64,000 bases of DNA from Gammaproteobacteria bacterium (lineage in GTDB: Bacteria; Pseudomonadota; Gammaproteobacteria; Eutrophobiales; Eutrophobiaceae). The stretch spans positions 1,568,001 through 1,632,000 of the forward strand of contig CBDEUK010000002.1 of NCBI GenBank assembly GCA_965243205.1, written 5' to 3'. This document shows positions 32,140 through 42,811 of this stretch, in pieces. The translations under genes and the position numbers were made by a program. The notes under the pieces are model-generated. The model was not told the DNA's origin. It ran no database searches and worked only from the letters and a program-made list of their open reading frames with translations. The number at the start of each line of letters is the position of its first letter. Within the stretch, counting starts at the first letter, position 1.

Positions 32140-32865
32140 CTAACGTTTAATAATCTTATGTAATCGCTTAGAACCATGTGCATCATGAAACATGGTTGTT
32201 GAATTATCTTTAAAAAACCAAATTAAGATCATACCTGCAATAAAACCACCTATATGCGCAAACCACGCAACACCACCTTCTTCTGCATTGGACATTAAGG
32301 AACTGCCTATTTGAATAGCAAACCAAACACCTAACACCAGCATTGCTGGAAGTCTTAATAACAACGGATAAAAACCCAAAGGTATTACGACTAAAACTCT
32401 AGCTTTAGGGTAGATCAATAAATAAGCACCTAACACACCAGATATAGCACCACTAGCACCTATCATAGGAATAACTGATTCAGGATTATGTAAGACTTGT
32501 CCAAATACCGCAGCAAAACCACATAAGAAGTAAAAAATTATAAATTTAATATGCCCCATTGAATCTTCAATATTGTTTCCAAAGATCCATAGATAGAGCA
32601 TATTACCTGCAAGATGCATAAAACCACCATGCATAAACATAGAAGTAAGCATGGTTAATTCAGCAGGTAAAAAATATAGCTCTGGGGATAATTGAGATTT
32701 ATCTAATAAGACAGCAGGTATAACACCCAAACTCATGATCATTCGTTGACTACCATCAGAACCAAGTGATAGCTGCCATAAAAAAACCAGAACGCAGATT
32801 ACAATAAAGAATATTGTAATAACGGGTTTTATATGTGTCGGGTTATCATCATGTAGTGGGATCAT
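32140..32865 (-). CDS. Rhomboid family intramembrane serine protease
   Basis: MIPLHDDNP, HLAGNMLYLWIFG, GASGAISG, AHIGGF. Confidence 0.95.
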   Translation of the reverse strand: MIPLHDDNPTHIKPVITIFFIVICVLVFLWQLSLGSDGSQRMIMSLGVIPAVLLDKSQLSPELYFLPAELTMLTSMFMHGGFMHLAGNMLYLWIFGNNIEDSMGHIKFIIFYFLCGFAAVFGQVLHNPESVIPMIGASGAISGVLGAYLLIYPKARVLVVIPLGFYPLLLRLPAMLVLGVWFAIQIGSSLMSNAEEGGVAWFAHIGGFIAGMILIWFFKDNSTTMFHDAHGSKRLHKIIKR

Positions 32866-32886
32866 GATTCCTTTCTATGTACTACA

Positions 32887-33783
32887 TTAAGTAACGTTTA
32901 ATACTAATCTGTTATAGGCTTCTTGATATTTAAGCGCGGTGTTATGAATAACATCTTGCGGTAATGCAGGGCCTGGAGCTGTTTTATTCCAGTCCAAAGT
33001 TTCTAAATAATCACGAACATATTGTTTGTCATAGCTTGGAGGACTGATGCCAACTTCATAAGAGCTAACTGGCCAAAACCTTGATGAGTCCGGTGTTAGA
33101 ATTTCATCCATTAATACTAAGTCATCGTTTTCATCTAAACCGAACTCAAATTTTGTATCCGCAATAATAATACCTTTTTGCAAAGCAAATTCAGCAGCTA
33201 TTTCATAAAGTTTAATACTCACTTCTTTAATTTGATTCGCTAAATCTTCTCCAATTAGCTCAACTGTTTTTTCAAAGCTAATGTTTTCATCATGATCGCC
33301 AATCTCAGCTTTAGTTGAAGGAGTATAAATAGTTTCTGGAAGTTTTTGAGCTTGTTGTAATCCTACTGGTAACTTTAAGCCACAAATTGTTCCGTTTTGT
33401 TGATAATCCTTCCAACCAGAACCAATAATGTAACCACGGACTATCGCTTCAACCGGTAACGCTTTGAGTTTTTTTACGATGATAGTTCGATCTTCTAATA
33501 AAAATCTATCTGCTTCATCCTGAATCACATCTGTTAACTGTAGATCCGATAAATGGTTTTTGACTAAGTTTTTAGATTTATCAAACCAAAAATTAGAAAT
33601 AGCAGTTAAGACAATCCCCTTACGTGGAATAGGATCAGGTAATACCACATCAAACGCTGACAACCGATCAGTCGTCACTATCATCATGTGTTGTTCATCA
33701 ATACTAAAAATATCCCTAACCTTGCCACGATATTGCAACGATAGAGAATTGAGTTGAGCTTCGAATACTGTTTCTTGGGTCAT
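32887..33783 (-). CDS. purC: SAICAR synthase
   Basis: GKVRDI, TDRLSAFD, IIADTKFEFG, DEILTPDSSRFW. Confidence 0.97.
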   Translation of the reverse strand: MTQETVFEAQLNSLSLQYRGKVRDIFSIDEQHMMIVTTDRLSAFDVVLPDPIPRKGIVLTAISNFWFDKSKNLVKNHLSDLQLTDVIQDEADRFLLEDRTIIVKKLKALPVEAIVRGYIIGSGWKDYQQNGTICGLKLPVGLQQAQKLPETIYTPSTKAEIGDHDENISFEKTVELIGEDLANQIKEVSIKLYEIAAEFALQKGIIIADTKFEFGLDENDDLVLMDEILTPDSSRFWPVSSYEVGISPPSYDKQYVRDYLETLDWNKTAPGPALPQDVIHNTALKYQEAYNRLVLNVT

Positions 33784-33954
33784 CGAGATATTCTAAAATA
33801 CATTATTATTATTTTGGCTATTTTTACACAGATGAATCCATACCACCATCTGCAGTAAATAAATTCTTGTCATTTACAAAATTAAACTCATAGTTTTTCA
33901 TAACATAGTTAATGTTGTAACCTATCTTAATAATCACTAATCAATTCGTAAATA

Positions 33955-34353
33955 ATGAAACGACCAAACCCAACACGTGGCATGCACCATGTTGCTCTTA
34001 ATGTAAAAGACCTAGCAGCCTCAGAATACTTTTATGTGAATTTAATTGGAATGGAAGTCGAATGGCGGCCCGATGAAGACAATGTTTATCTTTGCTCAGG
34101 CAATGATAATCTTGCAATTCATAAAATTCCGGTTGATGATAATTTTGAAAAATCTCAACGTTTGGATCACATTGGTTTCATCTTAAAAACAATAGACGAT
34201 GTAGACGACTGGTATGAGTTTTTACTGGCTAATAATATCAAAATGAAAACGAAACCACGGACTCATCGTGATGGTGCCAGAAGTTTTTATTGTTATGACC
34301 CTGAAGGTACGGTAGTACAAATGATTTATCACCCACCTTTAGAACATTTATAA
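33955..34353 (+). CDS. VOC/glyoxalase family protein
   Basis: MHHVAL, LDHIGF, HRDGARSFYCYDPEG. Confidence 0.9.
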   Translation: MKRPNPTRGMHHVALNVKDLAASEYFYVNLIGMEVEWRPDEDNVYLCSGNDNLAIHKIPVDDNFEKSQRLDHIGFILKTIDDVDDWYEFLLANNIKMKTKPRTHRDGARSFYCYDPEGTVVQMIYHPPLEHL

Positions 34354-34354
34354 A

Positions 34355-35188
34355 TTAATTACCAAATAATTTTTCGCTTCCTTGCCATTGTTCGATCCAG
34401 CAACAACGGTGGTCAAAATCTGTTTTGATAATTAACTCAACATTTTTAGGATTACCTAGTTTTTCCACATATTGTTGCACAACGACTGGCGGGACGATTT
34501 TATCCTTTGCTCCTGCAAAATGAATTTGCTCCACCATTGATAATCGCTTATCGCTAGCGGGATTTAGAGAAGATTTCATTGGCAATAAAGAATGATAATC
34601 CGTCCATGTTTGTAAATCTAAATTAGCTGCAATGGTAATTAACCTTGAAACATCTTTTCTTCTAGCCGCTAAATGAGCCGCGATATTTCCTCCTCCAGAA
34701 TACCCCACTAAAACAAATTCTTTAATTGCTGATTGTCGCTGCAACTGACCAAGAATTTCTTCATACGCATCAATTACTTCTTCTGAGTAACGATGGGACG
34801 TCCAATACTTTTGTTCACATCGCTCTAACTGTGATTTCGATAAGTATTGACAAGGTCTAGCAAGATAAACAACCGAAGAAGCTGGCTCTCTCTCAGCTAA
34901 TTGAAGCGTGAAATAATCAATTGGTGTTGGATTTTTTGAAGGCCTATTACGTTTTTTATAAGCCAATCCATCACCTTCAATATAGATAGCAACCGCTCCA
35001 TTATTATCATTGAGGCCTTTAGAAGCAGCCCAAATAGTAAATTGATTCGTTTTTATTTGTTGAACCGAAAAACCCGATTGAACTGCGAACTCCTCTGAAT
35101 TCGATTTCCTGATTGCAGGATCGAGTCGGGCACATGAAAACATACCTACAAGAAAAAGTAGACTTAGATAAAAAACTAGTTTATGCAT
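34355..35188 (-). CDS. Alpha/beta hydrolase lipoprotein
   Basis: Lipobox-like MFSC, IYIEGDG, YLARPCQY, nucleophile GYSGGG, FDHRCCW. Confidence 0.85.
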   Translation of the reverse strand: MHKLVFYLSLLFLVGMFSCARLDPAIRKSNSEEFAVQSGFSVQQIKTNQFTIWAASKGLNDNNGAVAIYIEGDGLAYKKRNRPSKNPTPIDYFTLQLAEREPASSVVYLARPCQYLSKSQLERCEQKYWTSHRYSEEVIDAYEEILGQLQRQSAIKEFVLVGYSGGGNIAAHLAARRKDVSRLITIAANLDLQTWTDYHSLLPMKSSLNPASDKRLSMVEQIHFAGAKDKIVPPVVVQQYVEKLGNPKNVELIIKTDFDHRCCWIEQWQGSEKLFGN

Positions 35189-35261
35189 AAAAAATCATTA
35201 TAATTCAAATAATAATAATTGATAATTCACTAATATTATTAAGTATAGTTCGGGGAAGGCT

Positions 35262-36419
35262 ATGTTTTTAAAACAATTTTTTGTATTTCTAATCATTATA
35301 ATTAGCTCTCATTTCGCTAATGCTGGAACGGGTCCAGCACCACCAAGCTTACCTAGCGAACAACAAGATATTATAGATAGCTGTGTAAGTAACGGCAGTG
35401 CCTTAGGCCTCAACAACACACAAATTGATGCCCTATGTCCCGCCACAACCGACGGGTTACAGTGGACTGTAGAAAGACTTAACCAACCTACCAATACTTT
35501 TTCTTCAAACTTACCATTTAATTCTGGTTCTGCAGCTAGTTCGGATCCAGATCGCCAGGAACAAACATTGGGAGCATTGCTCTATGGTAAAGAAGCAGGG
35601 GTAAACGCAGGTTCTTTCTTAAATAGTATCAATGTTTGGGGATCAGCCTCTAAATCTTCATCAGAGTATTCATTAGTACCTACAGAATCAGATACGGGGA
35701 ATGCGATGATTGGAGCCCACACATCAATTGGTGAAACGGGTTTAATTGGACTGAGTTTTGGTATTGCAGGCACGGATGTGAAAACGGCCTACAACACTGG
35801 CGAACAAAATTTAAAAGACTACAGTTTTGCTGCTTATATAGGCACGATGATCACCGACAATATCAGCGTCGGTGCAAACGGTGGGGTATCTTTTAGAGAT
35901 ATAGAGCAATTTAGAACTGGTGTTGGGGGTACGACAGCCTTCACTATTGGCGAGACAGTTAATTCTAGTACTGACAGTGATACCTGGTTTATTTCTGGTA
36001 GTATTGATGGTTTTTGGGAGTTTGATGCCTTCGTATTTGGCGCACATTCAAGTATCTTCTATTCAGAAGAAGAAGTGGATGGCTTTACTGAAACTGGAGC
36101 AACTTCGAACGCAACGGCTGCAGTAGCAAGTCGCGATATTGATACTGGTTTATTTCGTATCGGCTTTGATATTGGATATGCTAAACCGAAAGTATTTGAA
36201 CCATATATTGGTGTAGCGTATTTAAATTATTTCGAACAACCTGAAATTACGGTTTTATCTTCAACAGCAGCTGATACTGACGACGATGAATTCCTTGCTA
36301 GTGCGGGCATCCGATTCTTTGGTGAGACTATCTCAGGCTCGGTTTCCTGGAATCGAAATTTCAGTCGCGACTTTCTCGATTACGATTCTTTGAATTTACT
36401 GTTTTCTGTCGATTTATAA
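35262..36419 (+). CDS. Autotransporter beta-barrel domain protein with very short passenger
   Basis: Signal peptide, about 100-aa N-region, then alternating beta-strand pattern (NVWGSAS, IGLSFG, FEPYIGVAY). Confidence 0.75.
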   Translation: MFLKQFFVFLIIIISSHFANAGTGPAPPSLPSEQQDIIDSCVSNGSALGLNNTQIDALCPATTDGLQWTVERLNQPTNTFSSNLPFNSGSAASSDPDRQEQTLGALLYGKEAGVNAGSFLNSINVWGSASKSSSEYSLVPTESDTGNAMIGAHTSIGETGLIGLSFGIAGTDVKTAYNTGEQNLKDYSFAAYIGTMITDNISVGANGGVSFRDIEQFRTGVGGTTAFTIGETVNSSTDSDTWFISGSIDGFWEFDAFVFGAHSSIFYSEEEVDGFTETGATSNATAAVASRDIDTGLFRIGFDIGYAKPKVFEPYIGVAYLNYFEQPEITVLSSTAADTDDDEFLASAGIRFFGETISGSVSWNRNFSRDFLDYDSLNLLFSVDL

Positions 36420-36426
36420 TTTGAAT

Positions 36427-36451
36427 AAAAAGGCCCAAAGCGGGCCTTTTT
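36427..36451 (+). terminator. Intrinsic terminator
   Basis: AAAAAGGCCC-aaagc-GGGCCTTTTT. Confidence 0.85.
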
Positions 36452-36563
36452 CGCATTTAGAGAATTATTATTAAACCAATCTCGATATTACTCATCATAT
36501 AAACTATAACAATAGATATCCCATAGGTTTTTAAAAACATTAGAAACAATTAGGAATAAAACT

Positions 36564-37244
36564 ATGTTTAACAAATTATCAAATAATTTATTAATTGCTC
36601 TTTTCTTGGCTTTTATCAGCTCTTCAATATTCGCCTTAGAACCAGCGGGTAAAATCGATAGCATGAAAGGCGATGTTAAAGCTCTACTAGATGGAGAAAC
36701 TCGAACCTTATCCAAAGGCGATGAAGTTTTTCCCAATGATCAAATCATTACAGAAAAAAAATCGATTGCTGAAATAAAATTTGTCGATGAGTCAAATTTT
36801 ATTTTAGGGCCTGATTCAGAATTTAAGATCGATAAGTTTTCATACAACCAACCCGAAAAAGAAAACAGCTTTTCGACTAAATTGGTCAAAGGCACATTTC
36901 GTTTCGTCACTGGCTTAATCGCTCGCTATAAACCTGACACCATGCAAGTCAGCACAGCTGTTGCGACCATTGGTATACGGGGCACTGAAGTGGCAGTTGA
37001 AGCAGACGCAACTTCAGCAACCATCGTTTTAGAACAACCTGAAGATAAAAATAAAAAGACCGCTATTGAAGTATCCAATGAATATGGTTCGGTTTTAATT
37101 GATGAGCCGGGTTATGGAACCGAAATCCCTGATCAATTCAGTCCTCCGTCTCCTGCCCGTAGAATGCGTTTACGTACTATTGAAAACGTGATGCGTTCAT
37201 TACAAAACATTCAACGAGTCAATATTCCTCGACCTGTTAGATAA
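36564..37244 (+). CDS. Exported FecR-domain protein
   Basis: Signal peptide, GDEVFPNDQIIT, FVDESNFILGPDS, GTFRFVTG, TAVATIGIRGT. Confidence 0.85.
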   Translation: MFNKLSNNLLIALFLAFISSSIFALEPAGKIDSMKGDVKALLDGETRTLSKGDEVFPNDQIITEKKSIAEIKFVDESNFILGPDSEFKIDKFSYNQPEKENSFSTKLVKGTFRFVTGLIARYKPDTMQVSTAVATIGIRGTEVAVEADATSATIVLEQPEDKNKKTAIEVSNEYGSVLIDEPGYGTEIPDQFSPPSPARRMRLRTIENVMRSLQNIQRVNIPRPVR

Positions 37245-37267
37245 AATAGTAATTTATGGAAAAAACT

Positions 37268-37294
37268 AAAAACGGGGCTAATGCCCCGTTTTTT
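37268..37294. terminator. Bidirectional intrinsic terminator (FecR gene / glnS)
   Basis: AAAAACGGGGC-taat-GCCCCGTTTTT between convergent genes. Confidence 0.88.
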
Positions 37295-37295
37295 A

Positions 37296-38966
37296 TTACC
37301 CCTTATTTTCCCAAGTATCTCGTAAGGTAATAGTACGGTTAAATATTAAATTTTCTTCTGAGCTGTCTTTTGTATCTAAACAGAAATAACCAACTCGTTC
37401 GAATTGATAACAACCGCTATGTTTACTTTCTTTAATACTCGGCTCAATTAATGCTTCTTCAATCACTTGCTTTGAATCAGGATTAATGTAACTAATCCAT
37501 TCTTGTTCACTTGCTTCAGGCGCTTCAACATGAAACAGTCGATCATAAACGTTTACTTTAGCTTTTACCGCAGTATCTTCTGCCACCCAATGAATAATGC
37601 CTTTCACTTTACGACCGTCTGAAGTTTTGCCACCACCACTTTCTGGATCATAGGAACAATGTAACTCCATTATCTCTCCTTGATCGTTTTTGATTATTTC
37701 ATCGCAACGGATCACATACGCATAACGTAAACGAACTTCTTTACCAGGTTTTAAACGAATATATTTTTTATTCGCTTCTTCACGAAAATCATCACGGTCA
37801 ATATAAACAACTTTGCTGAAAGGTATCTTTCGTTTACCCATTGCTTCATCATGTGGATGATTACTGGCTTCTATCCATTCAGTTTTATCTTCAGGGTAAT
37901 TAGTAATAATGATTTTTAATGGATCTAACACACCCATTATGCGTGGGCTTTCGATATTCAACTGTTCGCGTACTGAATTTTCTAACACACCTAATTCAAT
38001 CACTGTATCGCTTTTGGTAATTCCTATTCGTTCGCAAAAATCCCTTAAGGCTGATGCAGGATAACCTCGACGACGGATGCCAGAGATAGTTGGCATTCGT
38101 GGATCGTTCCAACCATCAACTAAACCATCTTGTACTAATTGATTTAATTTACGTTTACTTAAAACTGTATAACTCAAGTTTAAACGGGCAAACTCTATTT
38201 GTTGTGGATGACATTGCACAGGCAATTGGTCCAAGAACCAATCATACAATGGACGATGATCTTCAAACTCTAAAGTACATAGCGAATGGGTAATATTTTC
38301 CAAGGCATCAGATATACAATGAGTATAATCATACATAGGGTAAATATGCCAAGCATCACCAGTACGATGATGAGTGGTATGCTTAATACGATAAATTGCA
38401 GGATCTCGCATATTGATATTTGGTGAAGCCATATCGATCTTCGCACGTAATAAATGTTCACCCTCAGCAAACTTTCCTTGTTTCATTTGTTCGAAGAGTT
38501 GTAGATTTTCCTCAATACTTCGATCACGATAAGGACTGTTCTTACCAGGCGCATTTAATGTGCCGCGATATTCGCGAATCTCTTCGGCATTTAAACTATC
38601 GACATAAGCCTTACCATCCTTGATTAAAAGAACAGCGAATTCATAAAGCTTTTCAAAATAATCAGAGGCATAAAACAATCGGTCTTCCCAATCGAAACCT
38701 AACCATTTCACATCTTCCTGAATCGAGTCGGTATATTCAGTATCTTCTTTATCAGGGTTGGTATCATCAAAACGTAAGTTGCAGACACCATTAAAATCTT
38801 TGGCTATACCAAAATTTAAACAAATCGATTTAGCATGACCTAAATGCAGGTATCCATTTGGTTCAGGCGGGAAACGAGTATGAACTTTGCCATCGTTTTT
38901 TTGGTTTTCAACATCAATCGTTACAATTTTTCGAATAAAGTTACTGGTTTTATTTTCTGTTTCCAT
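37296..38966 (-). CDS. glnS: Glutaminyl-tRNA synthetase
   Basis: [28 protein letters not shown]. Confidence 0.97.
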   Translation of the reverse strand: METENKTSNFIRKIVTIDVENQKNDGKVHTRFPPEPNGYLHLGHAKSICLNFGIAKDFNGVCNLRFDDTNPDKEDTEYTDSIQEDVKWLGFDWEDRLFYASDYFEKLYEFAVLLIKDGKAYVDSLNAEEIREYRGTLNAPGKNSPYRDRSIEENLQLFEQMKQGKFAEGEHLLRAKIDMASPNINMRDPAIYRIKHTTHHRTGDAWHIYPMYDYTHCISDALENITHSLCTLEFEDHRPLYDWFLDQLPVQCHPQQIEFARLNLSYTVLSKRKLNQLVQDGLVDGWNDPRMPTISGIRRRGYPASALRDFCERIGITKSDTVIELGVLENSVREQLNIESPRIMGVLDPLKIIITNYPEDKTEWIEASNHPHDEAMGKRKIPFSKVVYIDRDDFREEANKKYIRLKPGKEVRLRYAYVIRCDEIIKNDQGEIMELHCSYDPESGGGKTSDGRKVKGIIHWVAEDTAVKAKVNVYDRLFHVEAPEASEQEWISYINPDSKQVIEEALIEPSIKESKHSGCYQFERVGYFCLDTKDSSEENLIFNRTITLRDTWENKG

Positions 38967-38984
38967 AAAATTCTTTACATAAAA

Positions 38985-40226
38985 TTAAAAATAATTGGGC
39001 GTCTTCAAGGTCTCTGGAATATCTCCAGCAAGACCCATTGCACGGCGCATAATACACTGCTTTATAGGTGTTAGTTGGTTAATCACATTCATGCCTTGGT
39101 TACGGATTAATGGCAATGGAAATGTTTGATTACCATATAGCGACTTAAAGCCACTGAATACATTCATCATAAAAACATTTTCGCTACGACGTTTTCGTTC
39201 ATAGCGACGTAAATAACGTTTTAAACCAAAATCGCGTTGTTGTTTATACAACTGAATAATTTCCTCACTTAAGACTTCTGCATCCATCACACCCAAATTA
39301 GCCCCTTGTCCAGCTAGTGGATGAACTCTATGAGCAGCATCTCCTACTAAAGCTATACGATGTTCACAGTATTGGGCTGCTTGAGCCGATGATAAAGGAA
39401 ACGTTTGACGCGAATAACAATTTATAACTTCACCTAAAATCGATTCATTTGCATGGGTCATCGTTTGACAAAAACTTTGTTCGTCCATTTGTTTTAAATA
39501 TTCAGCATTAGATTCTGTTGTTGACCAAACAAAACCACAGTAACTTTCATCATACAAAGGTAATAGTGCTAATATACCTTCTTCTAAAAATCGTTGTCTT
39601 GCTGTTTGTTGATGCGAATTTTCTGTTTTAACAACACCAGCAATTGCTATCTGCTCATAACTGTTAGATTCGAATGTAATCCCAGCCAGTTCACGAATCT
39701 TAGAGCGTGCTCCATCAGCACCAACTAATAATCTTGCTGTTAAGCTTTTACCATTATTTAAACTTAACGAAACATAATCATTCTCGAAACTCGCTGTGTT
39801 GATTTCTGTTTCATCATAAACAAAAATATTATCTTGTTTTAATAGTTGTTCGTTTAAATATTTTTCTAAAACTAACTGTTCAACAATATATCCAAGATAC
39901 TTTTGTATTGTGTCGTTTGAATCGAATTCAACTCTTCCATCGCCCATTTCATCCCAAACGTGAATTTTATTAAACACCCCAATTTTATCTTGAGGTAGTT
40001 GTTGCCAAACTCCGAGCCCAGATAGAATAATTTTAGAGACAGGTGTGATCGCTAATGTTCTAGGATCAATTTTTTTAACGTTATTAAAGTCTGTAGGGTG
40101 CTCTTCAATCATAGCAACATTAAGACCAGCATATGCCAAGCGTAATGCTAAGATAGAACCTACAATACCTGCACCGCATATAATGACGTCTATAGTCTCT
40201 TGGTTAAATGGTTTTGATTGGATCAT
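38985..40226 (-). CDS. ubiI: UbiI/VisC-family FAD-dependent monooxygenase
   Basis: GAGIVG, GADGARS, GDAAHRVHPLAGQGANLG, downstream of ubiH. Confidence 0.8.
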   Translation of the reverse strand: MIQSKPFNQETIDVIICGAGIVGSILALRLAYAGLNVAMIEEHPTDFNNVKKIDPRTLAITPVSKIILSGLGVWQQLPQDKIGVFNKIHVWDEMGDGRVEFDSNDTIQKYLGYIVEQLVLEKYLNEQLLKQDNIFVYDETEINTASFENDYVSLSLNNGKSLTARLLVGADGARSKIRELAGITFESNSYEQIAIAGVVKTENSHQQTARQRFLEEGILALLPLYDESYCGFVWSTTESNAEYLKQMDEQSFCQTMTHANESILGEVINCYSRQTFPLSSAQAAQYCEHRIALVGDAAHRVHPLAGQGANLGVMDAEVLSEEIIQLYKQQRDFGLKRYLRRYERKRRSENVFMMNVFSGFKSLYGNQTFPLPLIRNQGMNVINQLTPIKQCIMRRAMGLAGDIPETLKTPNYF

Positions 40227-41458
40227 AACGATTGTTTAACCATTGTTGCTTGTTCACCATATAATCCCATTGCCCGTAACATTAAAGAATGTTTTAAAAC
40301 TGGGACATGTTCAACAGCTGCCATACCTAAGGATCGAAAAGATTGTTTTAAAATATTTTCATTATAGAACAAACTCGCTAAGCCATCGGTAAAACGAATA
40401 ACACTATCTTGATCTTTTTTTCGTAAATTAACGTACTGATCAAGTAATTTTATATCATTGATAGCTTGTTTATTCTCTATAGCATTAATTAATTGCTCTG
40501 CTAATACTGCAACATCCCTTAAACCTAAGTTAAATCCTTGGGCCGCGTTAGGATGAATCGTATGAGACGAGTTCCCCAATAAAAGTACATGCTGAATATA
40601 CTGTTGCTCAGAGACTAATAATTTTAATGGATAGGCTTTACGAGTGCCCAATCGTAAAAACTTACCTAATCTACGACCAAACCGTTTACTTGCAGATTTT
40701 AAAAACACTTCATCAGGCAAATTCAAATAATATTCAACCTCGTCAGAATTTACACAAAACACCATGCCAAACTCATTTACAGTTGGTCTAGGCAATAGTG
40801 CGAATGGACCTGATGAACTAAAACGTTCATAAGCAGTAAAATCATGTGCTAATTCCGTTTGCACATTAGAAACAATCGCATGTTGATGATAATTTTTTTC
40901 AGTTATCGTAAAACCTATCTGCTCTCTAAATTGAGAGTTAGAACCATCAGCAAGAATTAATAGACGACTTTTTATTAAATGCCTTTTACCTGATGATTCT
41001 AATTCTACTTCAACTTGCTCAGCATTTTGAGAAACCGTACATACGGTTGCCGGGCAAATTAAGTTTAATCGTGAATGATGATTGGCCAATTCCTTATGCA
41101 ATAAGGAACCTAAATCTTTTGCCTTTAAAGAATAAGCAAGCGCATCAAGTCTTAATGATTTTGAATCTAAAAAAACGTTACCAAATCGATTTTCTTCACT
41201 GATATAAATTTTCCTAATCGGTGTAATGTCCGTATGAAAATTTTCCCAAAGATTTTGTTTTTGGAAAATATTTTTGCTGGCTTGAGATAAAACTAAATTT
41301 CGATCATCAAAACTACTTTCACTACTGATATTAAATTCATGCGATTCGATTAAAGCAATTTTTAAATTGGTATTGCGTAAAAAAACTGCAAGCGCAGAAC
41401 CAATCATGCCAGCGCCGACGATGATAAGATCAAAATCTTCTGAAAAGTCTTCTGACAT
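40223..41458 (-). CDS. ubiH: 2-octaprenyl-6-methoxyphenol hydroxylase
   Basis: GAGMIG, AYERFSSSGPFALLP, GNSSHTIHPNAAQGFNLG, pepP-ubiH synteny. Confidence 0.88.
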   Translation of the reverse strand: MSEDFSEDFDLIIVGAGMIGSALAVFLRNTNLKIALIESHEFNISSESSFDDRNLVLSQASKNIFQKQNLWENFHTDITPIRKIYISEENRFGNVFLDSKSLRLDALAYSLKAKDLGSLLHKELANHHSRLNLICPATVCTVSQNAEQVEVELESSGKRHLIKSRLLILADGSNSQFREQIGFTITEKNYHQHAIVSNVQTELAHDFTAYERFSSSGPFALLPRPTVNEFGMVFCVNSDEVEYYLNLPDEVFLKSASKRFGRRLGKFLRLGTRKAYPLKLLVSEQQYIQHVLLLGNSSHTIHPNAAQGFNLGLRDVAVLAEQLINAIENKQAINDIKLLDQYVNLRKKDQDSVIRFTDGLASLFYNENILKQSFRSLGMAAVEHVPVLKHSLMLRAMGLYGEQATMVKQSL

Positions 41459-41479
41459 TATGAATAGAATTAAAGAAAG

Positions 41480-42811
41480 TTAAGCTGCTTGGCTTTCGTA
41501 CATTAGATTTTCGATGTCTTCGATGGTTTTTGGCGCATCTTTACTTAAAACATCATAACCATCTTTGGTTACGAGCACATCATCTTCGATACGAATCCCT
41601 ATATTCCACCACCGTTTATTCAAGCCTTTGGTTCCTTTTGGCAAATAAAGACCAGGTTCAACAGTGAGTACCATACCTGGTTCTAAGGTACGCCAATCAC
41701 CTTCTATTTTATAATCGCCCACATCATGCACATCCATGCCTAACCAATGCCCCGTACGATGCATGTAATATTGCGCATAAACTTTATCTTTCATTAAGCT
41801 TTTTAAACGACCTTTTAAAATACCTGCATCTAATAGTCCGCGGGTTAACACTTCAGTCGCAGCGATATGTGGATCATTCCAATGATTGCCTGGCTGCACT
41901 TGTTCTATCGCGGCTAACTGCGCTTCTAAAACAATTTCATAAATAATCGCTTGTTCTTCAGTAAATTCTCCATTCACGGGAAAGCTACGGGTGATATCAC
42001 TGGCATAACCTTGATATTCACAACCCGCGTCGATTAAAACCACATCTCCGTCATTCAGAACCTGATTATTATTAACATAATGCAGGATACAGGCATTAGC
42101 TCCACCACCAACAATCGCAGGGTATGCTGAATCTCTCGCACCTGCTTGATGGAAATCATGATTGAGTTCAGATTCCAGTTGGTATTCCATCATGCCTGGT
42201 CGACACATTTGCATCGCCCTTATATGAGCCTTTGCAGAAATCTTTGCAGCCTTTCGCATCAGTTTTATTTCATGGCGACTTTTGTATAACCGCATCTCAT
42301 GTAAAAAATGATTAGGGGAAATAATTTCATCAGGTGCATGCACGCCTGTTCTAGAACGTTCTCTAACTTGATTGACCCAACCCACGACTTTTTGATCAAA
42401 TAAACGATCATTGCCTATGTTAAAAAACAGTCGTTCTGTGTTTTCAATAAGCCCAGGCAAAATATCATCGAGATCGCTGATCGGAAAAGCATCATCAGCG
42501 CCATAATATTCACACACACCTTCAATACCGGCACGAGGACCATTCCATACCTCCATCGTAGGATCCCGTTCGCGACAAAACATCACAAACTCACCACGTT
42601 CACGGTTAGGCAATAAGACAGCAACTGCTTCGGGTTCATCGAATCCCGTTAGATAATAAAAATCACTGTCGGCACGGAATGGGTATTCAACATCCCGATT
42701 ACGCATACGTACAGGAGATGTTGGAATGATGGCTATGCTATCTTCTCCCATCATATCCATTAGTTTTTTACGACGGCGTTTGTATTCTTTAGCTGATGTA
42801 GTATCTATCAA
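41480..42811 (-). CDS. pepP: Xaa-Pro aminopeptidase P
   Basis: FRADSDFYYLTG, DAGCEYQGYASDITR, HWLGMDVHD, EPGLY, GIRIEDD. Confidence 0.96.
   Translation of the reverse strand: MIDTTSAKEYKRRRKKLMDMMGEDSIAIIPTSPVRMRNRDVEYPFRADSDFYYLTGFDEPEAVAVLLPNRERGEFVMFCRERDPTMEVWNGPRAGIEGVCEYYGADDAFPISDLDDILPGLIENTERLFFNIGNDRLFDQKVVGWVNQVRERSRTGVHAPDEIISPNHFLHEMRLYKSRHEIKLMRKAAKISAKAHIRAMQMCRPGMMEYQLESELNHDFHQAGARDSAYPAIVGGGANACILHYVNNNQVLNDGDVVLIDAGCEYQGYASDITRSFPVNGEFTEEQAIIYEIVLEAQLAAIEQVQPGNHWNDPHIAATEVLTRGLLDAGILKGRLKSLMKDKVYAQYYMHRTGHWLGMDVHDVGDYKIEGDWRTLEPGMVLTVEPGLYLPKGTKGLNKRWWNIGIRIEDDVLVTKDGYDVLSKDAPKTIEDIENLMYESQAA

Noticed and set aside
33820-33860. CAGATG/CATCTG hairpin upstream of purC as a purine or ZTP riboswitch
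   Set aside because: It lacks the conserved ZMP/ZTP and purine riboswitch motifs, and a 6-bp stem is expected by chance.
35189-36472. Fur-box-like AT-rich tracts before the autotransporter gene and at 36460-36472 (GAGAATTATTATT) before the FecR gene
   Set aside because: Matches to the 19-bp consensus are only partial in very AT-rich spacers and cannot be told from background without a PWM scan.
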